Shown in pieces: positions 1-8,271 of a stretch of 64,000 nt of DNA (position 1 is the stretch's first letter; each line of letters starts with the position of its first letter). The stretch lies in NCBI GenBank assembly GCA_003551645.1, contig PUND01000134.1:6781-70780 (forward strand), read 5' to 3'. The position numbers and the translations under genes are program-made. Source of the stretch: Phycisphaerae bacterium (lineage in GTDB: Bacteria; Planctomycetota; Phycisphaerae; SM23-33). Under the pieces are notes generated by a model that searched no databases, was not told where the DNA came from, and saw only the letters and a program-made list of their open reading frames with translations.

Positions 1-2928
1 GAAGACGAAATGGAGCATTGGGTCTGGCGGCAGAACCGCGAGGGGGTGAATGTCGCGCTGGGTCCGCTGGGGGCGAGGATGGAGTCGGAAGACTTCCCCG
101 CCTCCCGTTTGCCGGAGCTGCATGACGGCAGGATAGACAGAAGTGCCCGGCGGCTGGAAACGGGGGAATACCGGCTGTTCCTTGCCGGCGCCGGGCCTGC
201 TCGGGTCAACCGTATCGTCTTCGCGGCCGAGAGGTGGAGGCGCCGGTTGCGGCTGGTGGTCGAGTCGGCCGACGGGCAGGGCGGTTATGAACGCATAGCA
301 GTTATTCGGGATGTCGAGCTGGACGAGCCGCACCTGAGGGTCCTGGAGTTCGACCCGATAGACACCGAGGAGATCCGGCTGACGCTTGAGCTGACCGAAG
401 GCAGATGGCTGGGGATGGCCTTCCACGATATCCAGGTCTTCGAAGGCCCGCTGGCTGACAAGTCGGAGTCGGTGCTGTCGATCGGCGGAGCGATGATATC
501 CCGGTTGGAGTACGGCGGGTCGGTGTTCCATACCCACGACGTTCGCTCCGACGTCGGCCATCTGCTCACCCCGCCCGAAGGCAGGAACTTCTACGCAAGG
601 AGTCGGCGCAGAGGCCAGCCGGCGTGGACGGAGCCGATAACGCTGGCTTTCCAGGCCAACCGCACGGCCCTTATAAGCTCCATCGAGCTTTGGCCGGCGG
701 ACCACGACGCCCGACGGAACTACATGCCCGGGCGCATCCGTCTGTCGGCCTCGCTGGCCCAGCCGTTCGACGGCTACGAGCCGGTTGGCGAGTTCGAGGT
801 CACCGAAGACGGCTCTCCCTGGCGGCTGGAGTTTGCCGAACCAGTCGAGGCGCGGTTCCTGCGTGTGGAGATGAAGACCCGCGGCGACATGCCGGAAGTC
901 AGCGTGGGCGAGCTTGTGATTCGCGAGGGGACCGGTCCTGGCTACGTCAGCGTGATGATCCGCGGCGATGGGGTCGAGTGGCGCAGGCGGCAGCAGCCCA
1001 CGCTTGTGGAGCTTCTGGGCGACGAGGCCGACAAGCTGCGGCGGATAGAGCCGGAAGCGCTTGCCGGCTCGGCCGTCGATGCGACGATGAACGAATGGAT
1101 TGGTTCGACGGTTGACGGCCCGAACGTAAGGCACGTTTACCGAATCGACGTTGACTACGACCCGCAAACCGAGGTGCCCGAACTGCAGGTCCACATGGCG
1201 CCTTTCCTGCGCGGGCGGGTGCGCTTGCTGGGTGCACAGGGCCAGGAGGTGGACTCTCCTTCGCCGGACGACCAGACCGGAACGTCGCTGCGATATCCCC
1301 CCGCGATTGAACCGGGGGAGTATCTGCTGGAGGTGACGTCGGCGCCGATTTATCTGTTCATGGGGTTCGACTCCAGCGGGAGCATGGGCCGGGCGCTGCC
1401 GATTACACACCGCACTCTGCCGGAGCTTACCGACAACCTCCCTGAAGGCGTGTACGTGGCTCTGGGCAACTCTCAGCGCGACCGGGAGACCGGCAAGCGT
1501 TTCACGCTTTTCAGCGAATACACAAACGACGGCGAGGCGCTTCGTCACGCCATGACCGAGCATAAAGAGCAAGGCAACACGATGTTCGTCACCGGCGGCG
1601 GGTCGGACTGGTACAACTTCCTGCGGGACATGCTGGAATGGGCCGACGAAAACACGCCGCCCGAGGCGGTGGGCGCGAAGTTGCTGGTGGCCGACGGCGT
1701 CGGCGCCGGCGACTACGGTACCATGTGGGACCGCCTGCATCTGAGCCGGCAGCGGCTGTACACGGTCGGCTGGGGCAGCAGGACGCTGCGGCTGGACTAC
1801 GTGGACCGCTCGACCGGCTGGACGGCCGCCAGGGGCCTGTTCAACGCCGCGTGGTATCGCGACGGGCGATACTTCGAGCCGCAGCGGGATGAGGAGATTG
1901 TCGAGACCTACCGGGCGGTCTTAGACGACATGCAGACCCCGGCCGACTATGCGCTGCGCGTCAATACCAGGCAAAGGCAAGCCGGTCTGCTGGCGACGTC
2001 GGCGCCGGAGGGCGAAAACCTGCCCATCCTCTTCGTGCTCGACGCCTCCGGAAGCATGATGATCGAGCTTGAGGGCAGGACCAGATTTGACGTGGCTAAG
2101 GACGTTATAGAAGACATGGTCAACAGCTTGCCGGATGGTTCGCACGTCGGCCTGCGCGTTTATGGTCATCGATACCGCGCCTACGGCGCCGAACGTGAAA
2201 GGGCCGCGGTCGATTCGGAGCTGCTAATACCAGTCGGCCCGCTGAACCGGTCGGAGTTCATCGCCACGGTTCGCGGCCTAAACGCGCGAGGAGCAACGCC
2301 GCTTGCCCATACCATCGAGCAGATTCCCGGCGACCTTCGCGGCGTCGAACGGCCCCGGGTGGTGGTCCTGACCGACGGGGTCGAGAGCTTCCGGCGGGAC
2401 CCGGTCGCCAAGTGCAGGGCGTTGCGGCGGCGGTTCCCGGATATGGAGTTCGCAGTAGTGGGCTTCATGATCGATTTGATGGTGGACAGGGAGAACCTGC
2501 GCGGCATGGCCGAGGCGGGCCAGGGCCTGTATTACAACGCGATGGATTCCGACTCGCTGGTGAGGTCGCTGGAGCAGGCGCTGAACCCGGTGATTCGCTA
2601 CGAGGTCGTGGACGGCCAGGGCAGGCGGGCGGCCGCCGGACGTTTCGGCGACAGCCACGAACTGCTACAGGGTCGATACACGCTGCGTGCGGCCATCGGC
2701 GACGGTGTGGCAGTATTGCCGCTGGACATAGAGCCGGGCCTGACCGTGGATATTGCGGCCTCGGATTTGCCGGCGCCGTCGGCCGATGAGGCGCCGATTG
2801 TGGCGGAGACCCGTGAGCCGGATGAGCCGGAGCCGGCCGCCCCGGCGAGGTTCTGCACACAATGCGGGCATCGGCTGATGGAAGGCGCCAGGTTCTGCAC
2901 GCAGTGCGGGTCGCCGAGGAGCAACTGA
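1..2928 (+). CDS. Large secreted/adhesin-like protein, 5' partial. N-terminal discoidin/F5-8-type-C-like repeats, two von Willebrand factor A domains and a C-terminal tandem zinc ribbon.
   Basis: The reading frame is open back to window position 1, so the gene probably starts upstream. Two vWA MIDAS-type motifs are visible (FMGFDSSGSMGRAL; LFVLDASGSMMIEL). Repeated segments of the kind ...IRLxxSL...ARFLRVEM are typical of discoidin/galactose-binding-like folds. The C-terminus reads FCTQCGHRLMEGARFCTQCGSP (CxxC-x9-CxxC). Confidence 0.6.
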   Translation, partial: EDEMEHWVWRQNREGVNVALGPLGARMESEDFPASRLPELHDGRIDRSARRLETGEYRLFLAGAGPARVNRIVFAAERWRRRLRLVVESADGQGGYERIAVIRDVELDEPHLRVLEFDPIDTEEIRLTLELTEGRWLGMAFHDIQVFEGPLADKSESVLSIGGAMISRLEYGGSVFHTHDVRSDVGHLLTPPEGRNFYARSRRRGQPAWTEPITLAFQANRTALISSIELWPADHDARRNYMPGRIRLSASLAQPFDGYEPVGEFEVTEDGSPWRLEFAEPVEARFLRVEMKTRGDMPEVSVGELVIREGTGPGYVSVMIRGDGVEWRRRQQPTLVELLGDEADKLRRIEPEALAGSAVDATMNEWIGSTVDGPNVRHVYRIDVDYDPQTEVPELQVHMAPFLRGRVRLLGAQGQEVDSPSPDDQTGTSLRYPPAIEPGEYLLEVTSAPIYLFMGFDSSGSMGRALPITHRTLPELTDNLPEGVYVALGNSQRDRETGKRFTLFSEYTNDGEALRHAMTEHKEQGNTMFVTGGGSDWYNFLRDMLEWADENTPPEAVGAKLLVADGVGAGDYGTMWDRLHLSRQRLYTVGWGSRTLRLDYVDRSTGWTAARGLFNAAWYRDGRYFEPQRDEEIVETYRAVLDDMQTPADYALRVNTRQRQAGLLATSAPEGENLPILFVLDASGSMMIELEGRTRFDVAKDVIEDMVNSLPDGSHVGLRVYGHRYRAYGAERERAAVDSELLIPVGPLNRSEFIATVRGLNARGATPLAHTIEQIPGDLRGVERPRVVVLTDGVESFRRDPVAKCRALRRRFPDMEFAVVGFMIDLMVDRENLRGMAEAGQGLYYNAMDSDSLVRSLEQALNPVIRYEVVDGQGRRAAAGRFGDSHELLQGRYTLRAAIGDGVAVLPLDIEPGLTVDIAASDLPAPSADEAPIVAETREPDEPEPAAPARFCTQCGHRLMEGARFCTQCGSPRSN

Positions 2929-2996
2929 CGGTTGCCGGCCATGTCGGTGGCCCGGATGGTGCGTCGCCTTGCAGGTCCGGGCCTCACCGGCCGCGC

Positions 2997-3032
2997 GGGG
3001 CGTCGGTGAACCTCGATATCGAGCTGGCCGAT
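2997..3032. repeat. Copy 1 of a perfect 36-bp direct repeat (ggggcgtcggtgaacctcgatatcgagctggccgat).
   Basis: An identical 36-mer occurs again at ~5233-5268, read by eye. Coordinates are +/-2 nt. Confidence 0.7.
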
Positions 3033-3206
3033 GCCGCAATCAACGCCCCGCAGGAGCTTCAGGCAAAGGTCCGCCGGCTGTACGCGCTTGCCCGTTAGGC
3101 CGTCGCCGAGGAATTGCAGCGTGATGGTCATATTACTCTCGGCTACCAGCGGCGATCGCCGCCGCCGGCGCTGGCGGGACAGGTTGCCCGATGAGTCCAA
3201 GGCCCA

Positions 3207-3695
3207 TCAAGAGGGCGATTTTTCGCCTGGTTCGATCTGCGAGGCGAAGCGCTCCAGCTCTGTCTTGTGCGAGCCGGCCTTGACGTCCTTTTGTCGGAAC
3301 CCGGCCGTGGCAGTGGCGTCGCAGGCGGCGACCCGCTCCATCTCCGCCAGCGTCTTGTCGATACCGGATGTGCGCGTGGTGCAGAACACCGCCAGGCGGG
3401 AGATATTACCCGCGGCATCCGTGAGATACGTCCGCACTGCCGTGCACATGGTGTTCGCCCATACCGGCGTGCCGACGACGACCATCTCATAGTCGCCCGG
3501 GTCGTGAGACGGCGGGGCGATGGGTACGGCCTTTCGCAGGGCGGCATCCTTGCCGGCGGCGATATACCCCAGTTTGCCGCTGCGGCTCTTGGTGTCCTGA
3601 AGCTCCTCGACGTCCGCACCTAGCCGCTCGGCCAGTTCCGTTGCCACCTGGTGCGTAACCCCCGTCCTCGAGTAGTAAACCACCAGTGTTTTCAC
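3207..3695 (-). CDS. Flavodoxin-family protein.
   Basis: The N-terminus MKTLVVYYSRTGVTHQVATELAERLG is the classic flavodoxin FMN-binding start. The length of 162 aa fits the family. Confidence 0.6.
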   Translation of the reverse strand: MKTLVVYYSRTGVTHQVATELAERLGADVEELQDTKSRSGKLGYIAAGKDAALRKAVPIAPPSHDPGDYEMVVVGTPVWANTMCTAVRTYLTDAAGNISRLAVFCTTRTSGIDKTLAEMERVAACDATATAGFRQKDVKAGSHKTELERFASQIEPGEKSPS

Positions 3696-4026
3696 GGCCG
3701 TCCGTCCTTTCCGAGGCGATGGACCGAAGTCTCTGTCGGCGTTTTCCCATCCCTCGCGACGGCTGTCAAGGTCCGCGCCGCACAGGCCTCAACCAGCCAC
3801 GCTCGCTTGAGCCGGTATCATAAGCATACGGATCTGTGCAATTCCAGGACAACGGATTTTCGGCAACTCCCGCTATCGAGCGGGTTCTGGCAGATGGGCG
3901 GAATCGAGGTTGTGCATAATCGCGGTGGCGAGGGCCTGCAACGGCGTCGACGAGGGAGCTTGCGGCCGAACTTTCGGTCTTCGTGATTCCGGCGGTCCGC
4001 CTGCCCCGCCGAGGCCGGGCGCCGGC

Positions 4027-4073
4027 GCAAAACAACACCCCGCCGATGTCAGCGGGGCGTTTTTGTGTTTTGC
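4027..4073 (-). terminator. Bidirectional intrinsic terminator: a GC hairpin flanked by an A-tract and a T-tract, 25 nt downstream of the PEP-CTERM gene stop.
   Basis: The sequence is gcaaaacaacaCCCCGCcgatgtcaGCGGGGcgtttttgtgttttgc, a 6-bp GC stem with an 8-nt loop. A U-run follows on the + strand and the upstream A-tract gives a U-run on the - strand. Confidence 0.6.
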
Positions 4074-4096
4074 ATTTGCCTTGTCTTCGCGGCCGG

Positions 4097-4798
4097 CTAT
4101 CTCCGCTTACGCAGAAGCACACCCAGCCCGCCGATGCCCAGAAGACCCATCGTCGCCGGCTCGGGGATGACTCCCGCGTTGCCGGAGAAGGAGCTGTTTG
4201 CCGTGGCCTCTCCGGTCTCCGGGTCCGGCGTGATGTTCGTCAGCGTGAAGCTCATGTCCTCGACCGGCACGAGCTGGATATCCGCGCCGGCGGGAAATAT
4301 GTTCATCGCCTCCGCCAGGTCCAGGAATGCCTGGCCGGGTGTATAGTTCATGGCCCCGCCAATGGCCTCTTCCTCGCTTGATGCGGAGATAGCCGCACTG
4401 GAGGAACCGTCAACCGCCAGCACATGAGCACGTTTAAAATCACCGCCGACGATCAGATCCCCCTCGCTGTCCGTATAGCTGAATTCGCCATCGAAGTAGA
4501 GGATGTTGCCGATTCCGACTTCCTCGAAGTCGACCTGCTCGGCCCAGAAGTCAAAATGGGCGTCGCTGAACGTGGTCACTGTGGGGTCGGCGTCGAACTG
4601 GACGGTGAGGTCCACCAGCGCATCTGCAGTGAGCGTCGGATCACCAACGCCATCGTCACTGTAGAGAAACATCTGCTGTGGATCGGCGGTATTGACGTCG
4701 AATCCGAAGGTTACCGGAATTACGTCGCCAAGGGCGTCGCCGCCAATAGCGCAAACCAATACGGTCGCTAGTCCGACTTTGAGCCAAGTCGAAGACAT
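4097..4798 (-). CDS. PEP-CTERM sorting-domain secreted protein, a putative exosortase substrate.
   Basis: The C-terminus reads ...GVIPEPATMGLLGIGGLGVLLRKRR, which is the PEP motif followed by a TM helix and a basic tail. The N-terminal signal peptide is MSSTWLKVGLATVLVCAIGG. The start was moved to the second ATG (M7 of the track ORF) because GGAGG sits 7 nt upstream of it. Confidence 0.75.
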   Translation of the reverse strand: MSSTWLKVGLATVLVCAIGGDALGDVIPVTFGFDVNTADPQQMFLYSDDGVGDPTLTADALVDLTVQFDADPTVTTFSDAHFDFWAEQVDFEEVGIGNILYFDGEFSYTDSEGDLIVGGDFKRAHVLAVDGSSSAAISASSEEEAIGGAMNYTPGQAFLDLAEAMNIFPAGADIQLVPVEDMSFTLTNITPDPETGEATANSSFSGNAGVIPEPATMGLLGIGGLGVLLRKRR

Positions 4799-4867
4799 TT
4801 GAACTCCTCCTATCATGTTAGCTGAGCGATTACACGAAACGGCACTGAGCGTTATGCACGTAGAGTT

Positions 4868-4896
4868 TATATATCACGGCTTGTCCAATATGTCAA
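4868..4896 (-). promoter_or_regulatory. Consensus sigma70-type promoter (TTGACA, 17 nt spacer, TATATA) driving the PEP-CTERM gene. A GGAGG Shine-Dalgarno lies at ~4806-4811.
   Basis: The minus strand reads gtgcTTGACAtattggacaagccgtgaTATATAaactcta....ataGGAGGAGttcaaATG. The element is embedded in a ~300-bp AT-rich stretch (4800-5100) inside an otherwise high-GC genome. Confidence 0.55.
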
Positions 4897-5172
4897 GCAC
4901 AATTCCCCCGAATTTTGAAGTATTTCATAATTCTATTTCCTGCAAGGGTTTGCTGATTGCCTGTGCCGCTGTTGTCGCCTCTGTCAGCAGCGGGTAGATA
5001 AACAAATCAGCAACGTCATCATTGTTCAAAGCCCCTTGCAGATACGTAAATAAGCCCCAAAACACGCTATAACTATATGAGAAGGGGAGTTAGCGGTCCG
5101 GCCAGGGTATGCCGGGCGGTCTCGCGGCCGAACGGCTGTTGATCACTGCATAACAGGACGAAAGGGAGTGTC

Positions 5173-5277
5173 ATGATCCGCCTGGACGTCGGATTGAGCA
5201 GAAAAGTCGGCGAGCCGGACTTCGGCTCCCGAGGGGCGTCGGTGAACCTCGATATCGAGCTGGCCGATTTCTTCTGA
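5173..5277 (+). CDS. Small ORF of 34 aa (MIRLDVGLSRKVGEPDFGSRGASVNLDIELADFF) with a good Shine-Dalgarno. Its 3' part is the second copy of the 36-bp repeat.
   Basis: AAAGGGAG sits 4-5 nt upstream of the ATG. The peptide shares ...GASVNLDIELAD with the ORF at 2862-3098 through the repeat. Function is unknown. Confidence 0.35.
   Translation: MIRLDVGLSRKVGEPDFGSRGASVNLDIELADFF
5233..5268. repeat. Copy 2 of the perfect 36-bp direct repeat.
   Basis: It is identical to 2997-3032. The two copies flank the flavodoxin + PEP-CTERM segment. Confidence 0.7.
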
Positions 5278-5323
5278 GGATTTTTAGACGCCCTCTGAAA
5301 GATACACCCGCCAGCGGGATATT

Positions 5324-5623
5324 GTGCCCGCCGAGCGCCTGGCCGGGTGCAGCCCGTCCATCATCGGTGTGGGTGCGACAGGCAGACAGGTGGCCCTTCA
5401 GCTTGCGGCCATCGGCGTGCCACATCTGAAGATGATTAACTTCGATACCGTCGAGCAGGTCAACCGCGCCTCCCAGGGCTTTTTGGAAAACGACCTGGGC
5501 CGGGCCAAGGCGCGTGGTACCGAGGTGCTTTATCAAGCAGTAGCCCTGGTCCTGGAATCGGTAACCTCACAAGACGCCTTTGGCTGGTTCGAACCGTGCG
5601 GATACCGCCAGATAAAGGGTTAA
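5324..5623 (+). pseudogene. Truncated ThiF/MoeB/E1-like adenylyltransferase fragment of 99 aa.
   Basis: IIGVGATGRQVALQLAAIGVPHLKMINFDTVEQVNRASQGF matches the E1 Rossmann motif (GxGxxG ... LaraGVG.l.lvDfD.Ve.SNLnRQ). The ORF stops after ~100 aa, 6 nt before the convergent 879-aa gene. Full ThiF-family proteins are 250 aa or longer. Confidence 0.55.
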
Positions 5624-5628
5624 CTGCT

Positions 5629-8268
5629 CTAGCCGCCTCGATAGCACACCGCCCGCTGCTGCATCGCGTCGGCGTTGAGAGTAATGCCGGCATCAGGTGT
5701 GTCGATAACCCGGACGACCCGCGAAAAATCACCAGCACCCGGCAGCAGTTCCGCCAGGCGGTTTTCGCCGGTTTCCAGAAAGTCGCGGTTCAGCGCGTTG
5801 CCGTCGCGCTCGGGGAACAGCGCCACATAGAGGATGTCGCTTTCGACGAGGTCGTTGAAATAGTGCGTTCCCAGCGACACATCAGGTATGACCTCGCCTG
5901 TGGCGGTGACGATCTCACATAGCGCCGCGACGGTGTTTATTTCCGCGAAACTCGTCGGCACTCCCAGAGACGGCGTAGTGGTGCCCCATCTTCCCGGACC
6001 AACCAGCACCACCGCCTTGTCCTGAGCATCGTCGAGGTGCGCGAGCCGACCGACCAGCCTGGCGACTGAGTATTTATCCGCCTGTGTAAGCCGGGCGTAT
6101 GCTTCCGGAACGACGTAGATAAAGCGGTCTATTCGCTGCCGACGACTGCGGCCTATGACGGCGCCCGCGGCGCTTAGAACCAGGTCCCGCTCGGAAATAT
6201 CCGGTGGCAACGGAACGCTGCTGCCGCTGCCGGCGACCTGTAGCGGACGACACTGCACCAGGTTGATGCTCGGTTTATCACCTTCGAAAAAGTTGGCGGT
6301 GAACTCAACATCAACCGGGTAATCGTAGGCCGCCTCCAGGATGCTCAGCATCCCGCGCATGTCCTCCACGAAGCCGGTCGAATTGAGCAGTTTGTCGAAG
6401 TCCAGTATTCGGGCGGACTCGGCCGGTACGCCGGCCGACTTCGCACGGCGGCGAAGCTCGGGGTCTTCGGAGGCGAACAGATCAACCGGAAGCGACGAGC
6501 TTTCTCGCAGGACATCCTGAAACCGTCGCGTGACAAGCTGGTTGGCATGGAGGTCCAGCAGGTCCACCCGCCGCTGAGTGTGGTTGCGGGCCTCGTCGGT
6601 GTCCCCTTCGGGTCTGTGCCGCGGGGCGTTCAGTGCGACGATGCGGGTGTAGTCGTCGTCGGCGCGGTCCACCGCGCGAGTGCCCAGGCCGAACACCAGC
6701 CGCAGAAGCCCCGCTTCGGGGTCTATCCGCTCACTCCAGCGGTACGGGTTGAACGAAAGCCCCACTCCGGCGATGTGGGGGTAATACATATCACCGTGCA
6801 TCGAGCCGCTTACGCGCTGCACCAGAAGCGCCATCTGCTCGTCTTTGTCCAGCAGGCCGCGCTGTGCCCGGTAGCGAAGCGCCTTTTCGCTCATTGTGCT
6901 GGCGTAGATGGTCCTTACCGCCGAGGTGAAATCCTCCAGCCGACGGTCGCGAGAGCCCTGGTTGGCGCAGAAGACGCTCTCGTATTTGCCGGCGAATGCG
7001 TTTCCAAAGTTGTCTTCCAGCAGACTGCTTGAACGGACGATGATCGGGCTTTGCCCGAAGTAGTCCAGCATGTCGGCGAACTGCCTGCGGATATCGTCGG
7101 GGAAACCGCCTCGCAGAATACCCTGCCGGGCGCGCTCGGCGCCCTGGAGGAAGGTATCCGGATTCCTCTGCTGCTGGCGGACCCACCATATGCCGTTGCG
7201 GACCAGGAAGCTGTAAAACACGTCCGAGCCGATGTAGAAAGAATCGTGCGGTTCCAGTCGCTCCGTCCAGCGGTCGTCGTGGTTGCGGAGGATCGCACGG
7301 GCCAGCAGCATGCCGACGGCCTTTCCGCCGATAAGCCCGGTGCCAATCATCCTTCGCCCGACGGCCAGCACATCGCGAAGGTCCATGTGCCGCTCGATAA
7401 GCTCCGAGACCCGCAGCTCGCGCGACAGCACCATTCGCGCCAGCCGGCGGAATTGCTCAAGACCGTCCTGCCGCCCGCGCCGCCCGCTTTCGACATCTTT
7501 GAGTACGTCCTCGGCGGCCAGGAAGGTCCGCTCCCATACTCCGGCGCCTTCTCCGGAGACCAGCCGTCGCCAGGGCATGGTGGTGAGTATCTCGGCTATT
7601 GTCGCGCTTTGGGTGACGGGCATGAACTGCTCGCCGTCGCGCCTGTGCAGCATGTACATCGTCGGCGAGTGCCGCTGCTGGACCTTCAGCGGCTGGATGT
7701 ACAGTTGCGACTTGTGGCGGAAGACATCCACCAGAACCTGGGCCGTTTCGGCGATGGCCCCGGTGGCGTGGGCGGAGTGGTGGTTACGCAGCAGGGCGAA
7801 GTAGGCGACCGTCTCCATGTCGAACAGGTAAGGGCATGTAAGCATGAAGAAGTTGCCCAGCATCTGGTCGCTGTACCAGTCAACGGTCAGTTCCGAGAGG
7901 CAGTCGAAGACATAGAACGCCCCGCGTCCGGCCTGCTCGATAACACTGTGGACCTGGGTGAGAAAATGCTCGAAGCCGTCCTCCGGACGAAGCTCGTGCG
8001 TCTGGGCCGAAACACCGTCAGGCACGACCCGGCGATGCTTGGCGAAACGGAAATATATCAGCCGCCGTCCGCCGTCGCCGGCCGCCCGGCAGTACGGTCC
8101 GGTGAGGTCCGTGTAGTCGTCTATCGAATCGACCTGCCAGACGATGTTGTCTCCCGGGATTATCCCCCTGAGCACCCGGTCCAGCCCCTCCAGGCCTGTG
8201 CTGAGTCTCGCGTCGATTTGCGCCATCTTCCTGACCTCGTGTTTAGTGCCGCAGAAAATTCGGCTCAT
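5629..8268 (-). CDS. PEP/pyruvate-binding (PPDK_N ATP-grasp) domain protein with an extra ~270-aa N-terminal domain.
   Basis: The central region IGGKAVGMLLARAIL ... IVRSSSLLEDNFGNAFAGKYESV ... MALLVQRVSGSMHGDMYYPHIAGVGLSFNPY ... INLVQCRPL matches the pyruvate-phosphate-dikinase / PEP-synthase N-terminal nucleotide-binding domain. The N-terminus TGLEGLDRVLRGIIPGDNIVWQVDS resembles the RecA/KaiC GLDxxLgGGlP motif but has no Walker A. Confidence 0.6.
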   Translation of the reverse strand: MSRIFCGTKHEVRKMAQIDARLSTGLEGLDRVLRGIIPGDNIVWQVDSIDDYTDLTGPYCRAAGDGGRRLIYFRFAKHRRVVPDGVSAQTHELRPEDGFEHFLTQVHSVIEQAGRGAFYVFDCLSELTVDWYSDQMLGNFFMLTCPYLFDMETVAYFALLRNHHSAHATGAIAETAQVLVDVFRHKSQLYIQPLKVQQRHSPTMYMLHRRDGEQFMPVTQSATIAEILTTMPWRRLVSGEGAGVWERTFLAAEDVLKDVESGRRGRQDGLEQFRRLARMVLSRELRVSELIERHMDLRDVLAVGRRMIGTGLIGGKAVGMLLARAILRNHDDRWTERLEPHDSFYIGSDVFYSFLVRNGIWWVRQQQRNPDTFLQGAERARQGILRGGFPDDIRRQFADMLDYFGQSPIIVRSSSLLEDNFGNAFAGKYESVFCANQGSRDRRLEDFTSAVRTIYASTMSEKALRYRAQRGLLDKDEQMALLVQRVSGSMHGDMYYPHIAGVGLSFNPYRWSERIDPEAGLLRLVFGLGTRAVDRADDDYTRIVALNAPRHRPEGDTDEARNHTQRRVDLLDLHANQLVTRRFQDVLRESSSLPVDLFASEDPELRRRAKSAGVPAESARILDFDKLLNSTGFVEDMRGMLSILEAAYDYPVDVEFTANFFEGDKPSINLVQCRPLQVAGSGSSVPLPPDISERDLVLSAAGAVIGRSRRQRIDRFIYVVPEAYARLTQADKYSVARLVGRLAHLDDAQDKAVVLVGPGRWGTTTPSLGVPTSFAEINTVAALCEIVTATGEVIPDVSLGTHYFNDLVESDILYVALFPERDGNALNRDFLETGENRLAELLPGAGDFSRVVRVIDTPDAGITLNADAMQQRAVCYRGG

Positions 8269-8271
8269 ATG

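Noticed and set aside
2862-3098. A 78-aa ORF overlapping the end of the vWA gene, taken as an independent gene.
   Set aside because: Its N-terminal two-thirds is Arg/Gly/Pro-rich and overlaps the vWA zinc-ribbon coding region in another frame. Only the last ~30 codons, the repeat and what follows, look meaningful. It is treated as part of the repeat observation instead.
5629-6400. Calling the 879-aa protein a KaiC/RecA-family ATPase.
   Set aside because: The GLDxxLxG motif is present, but there is no Walker A (GxxxxGK[ST]) or Walker B anywhere in the N-terminal domain. I describe it only as a degenerate or unassigned N-terminal domain.
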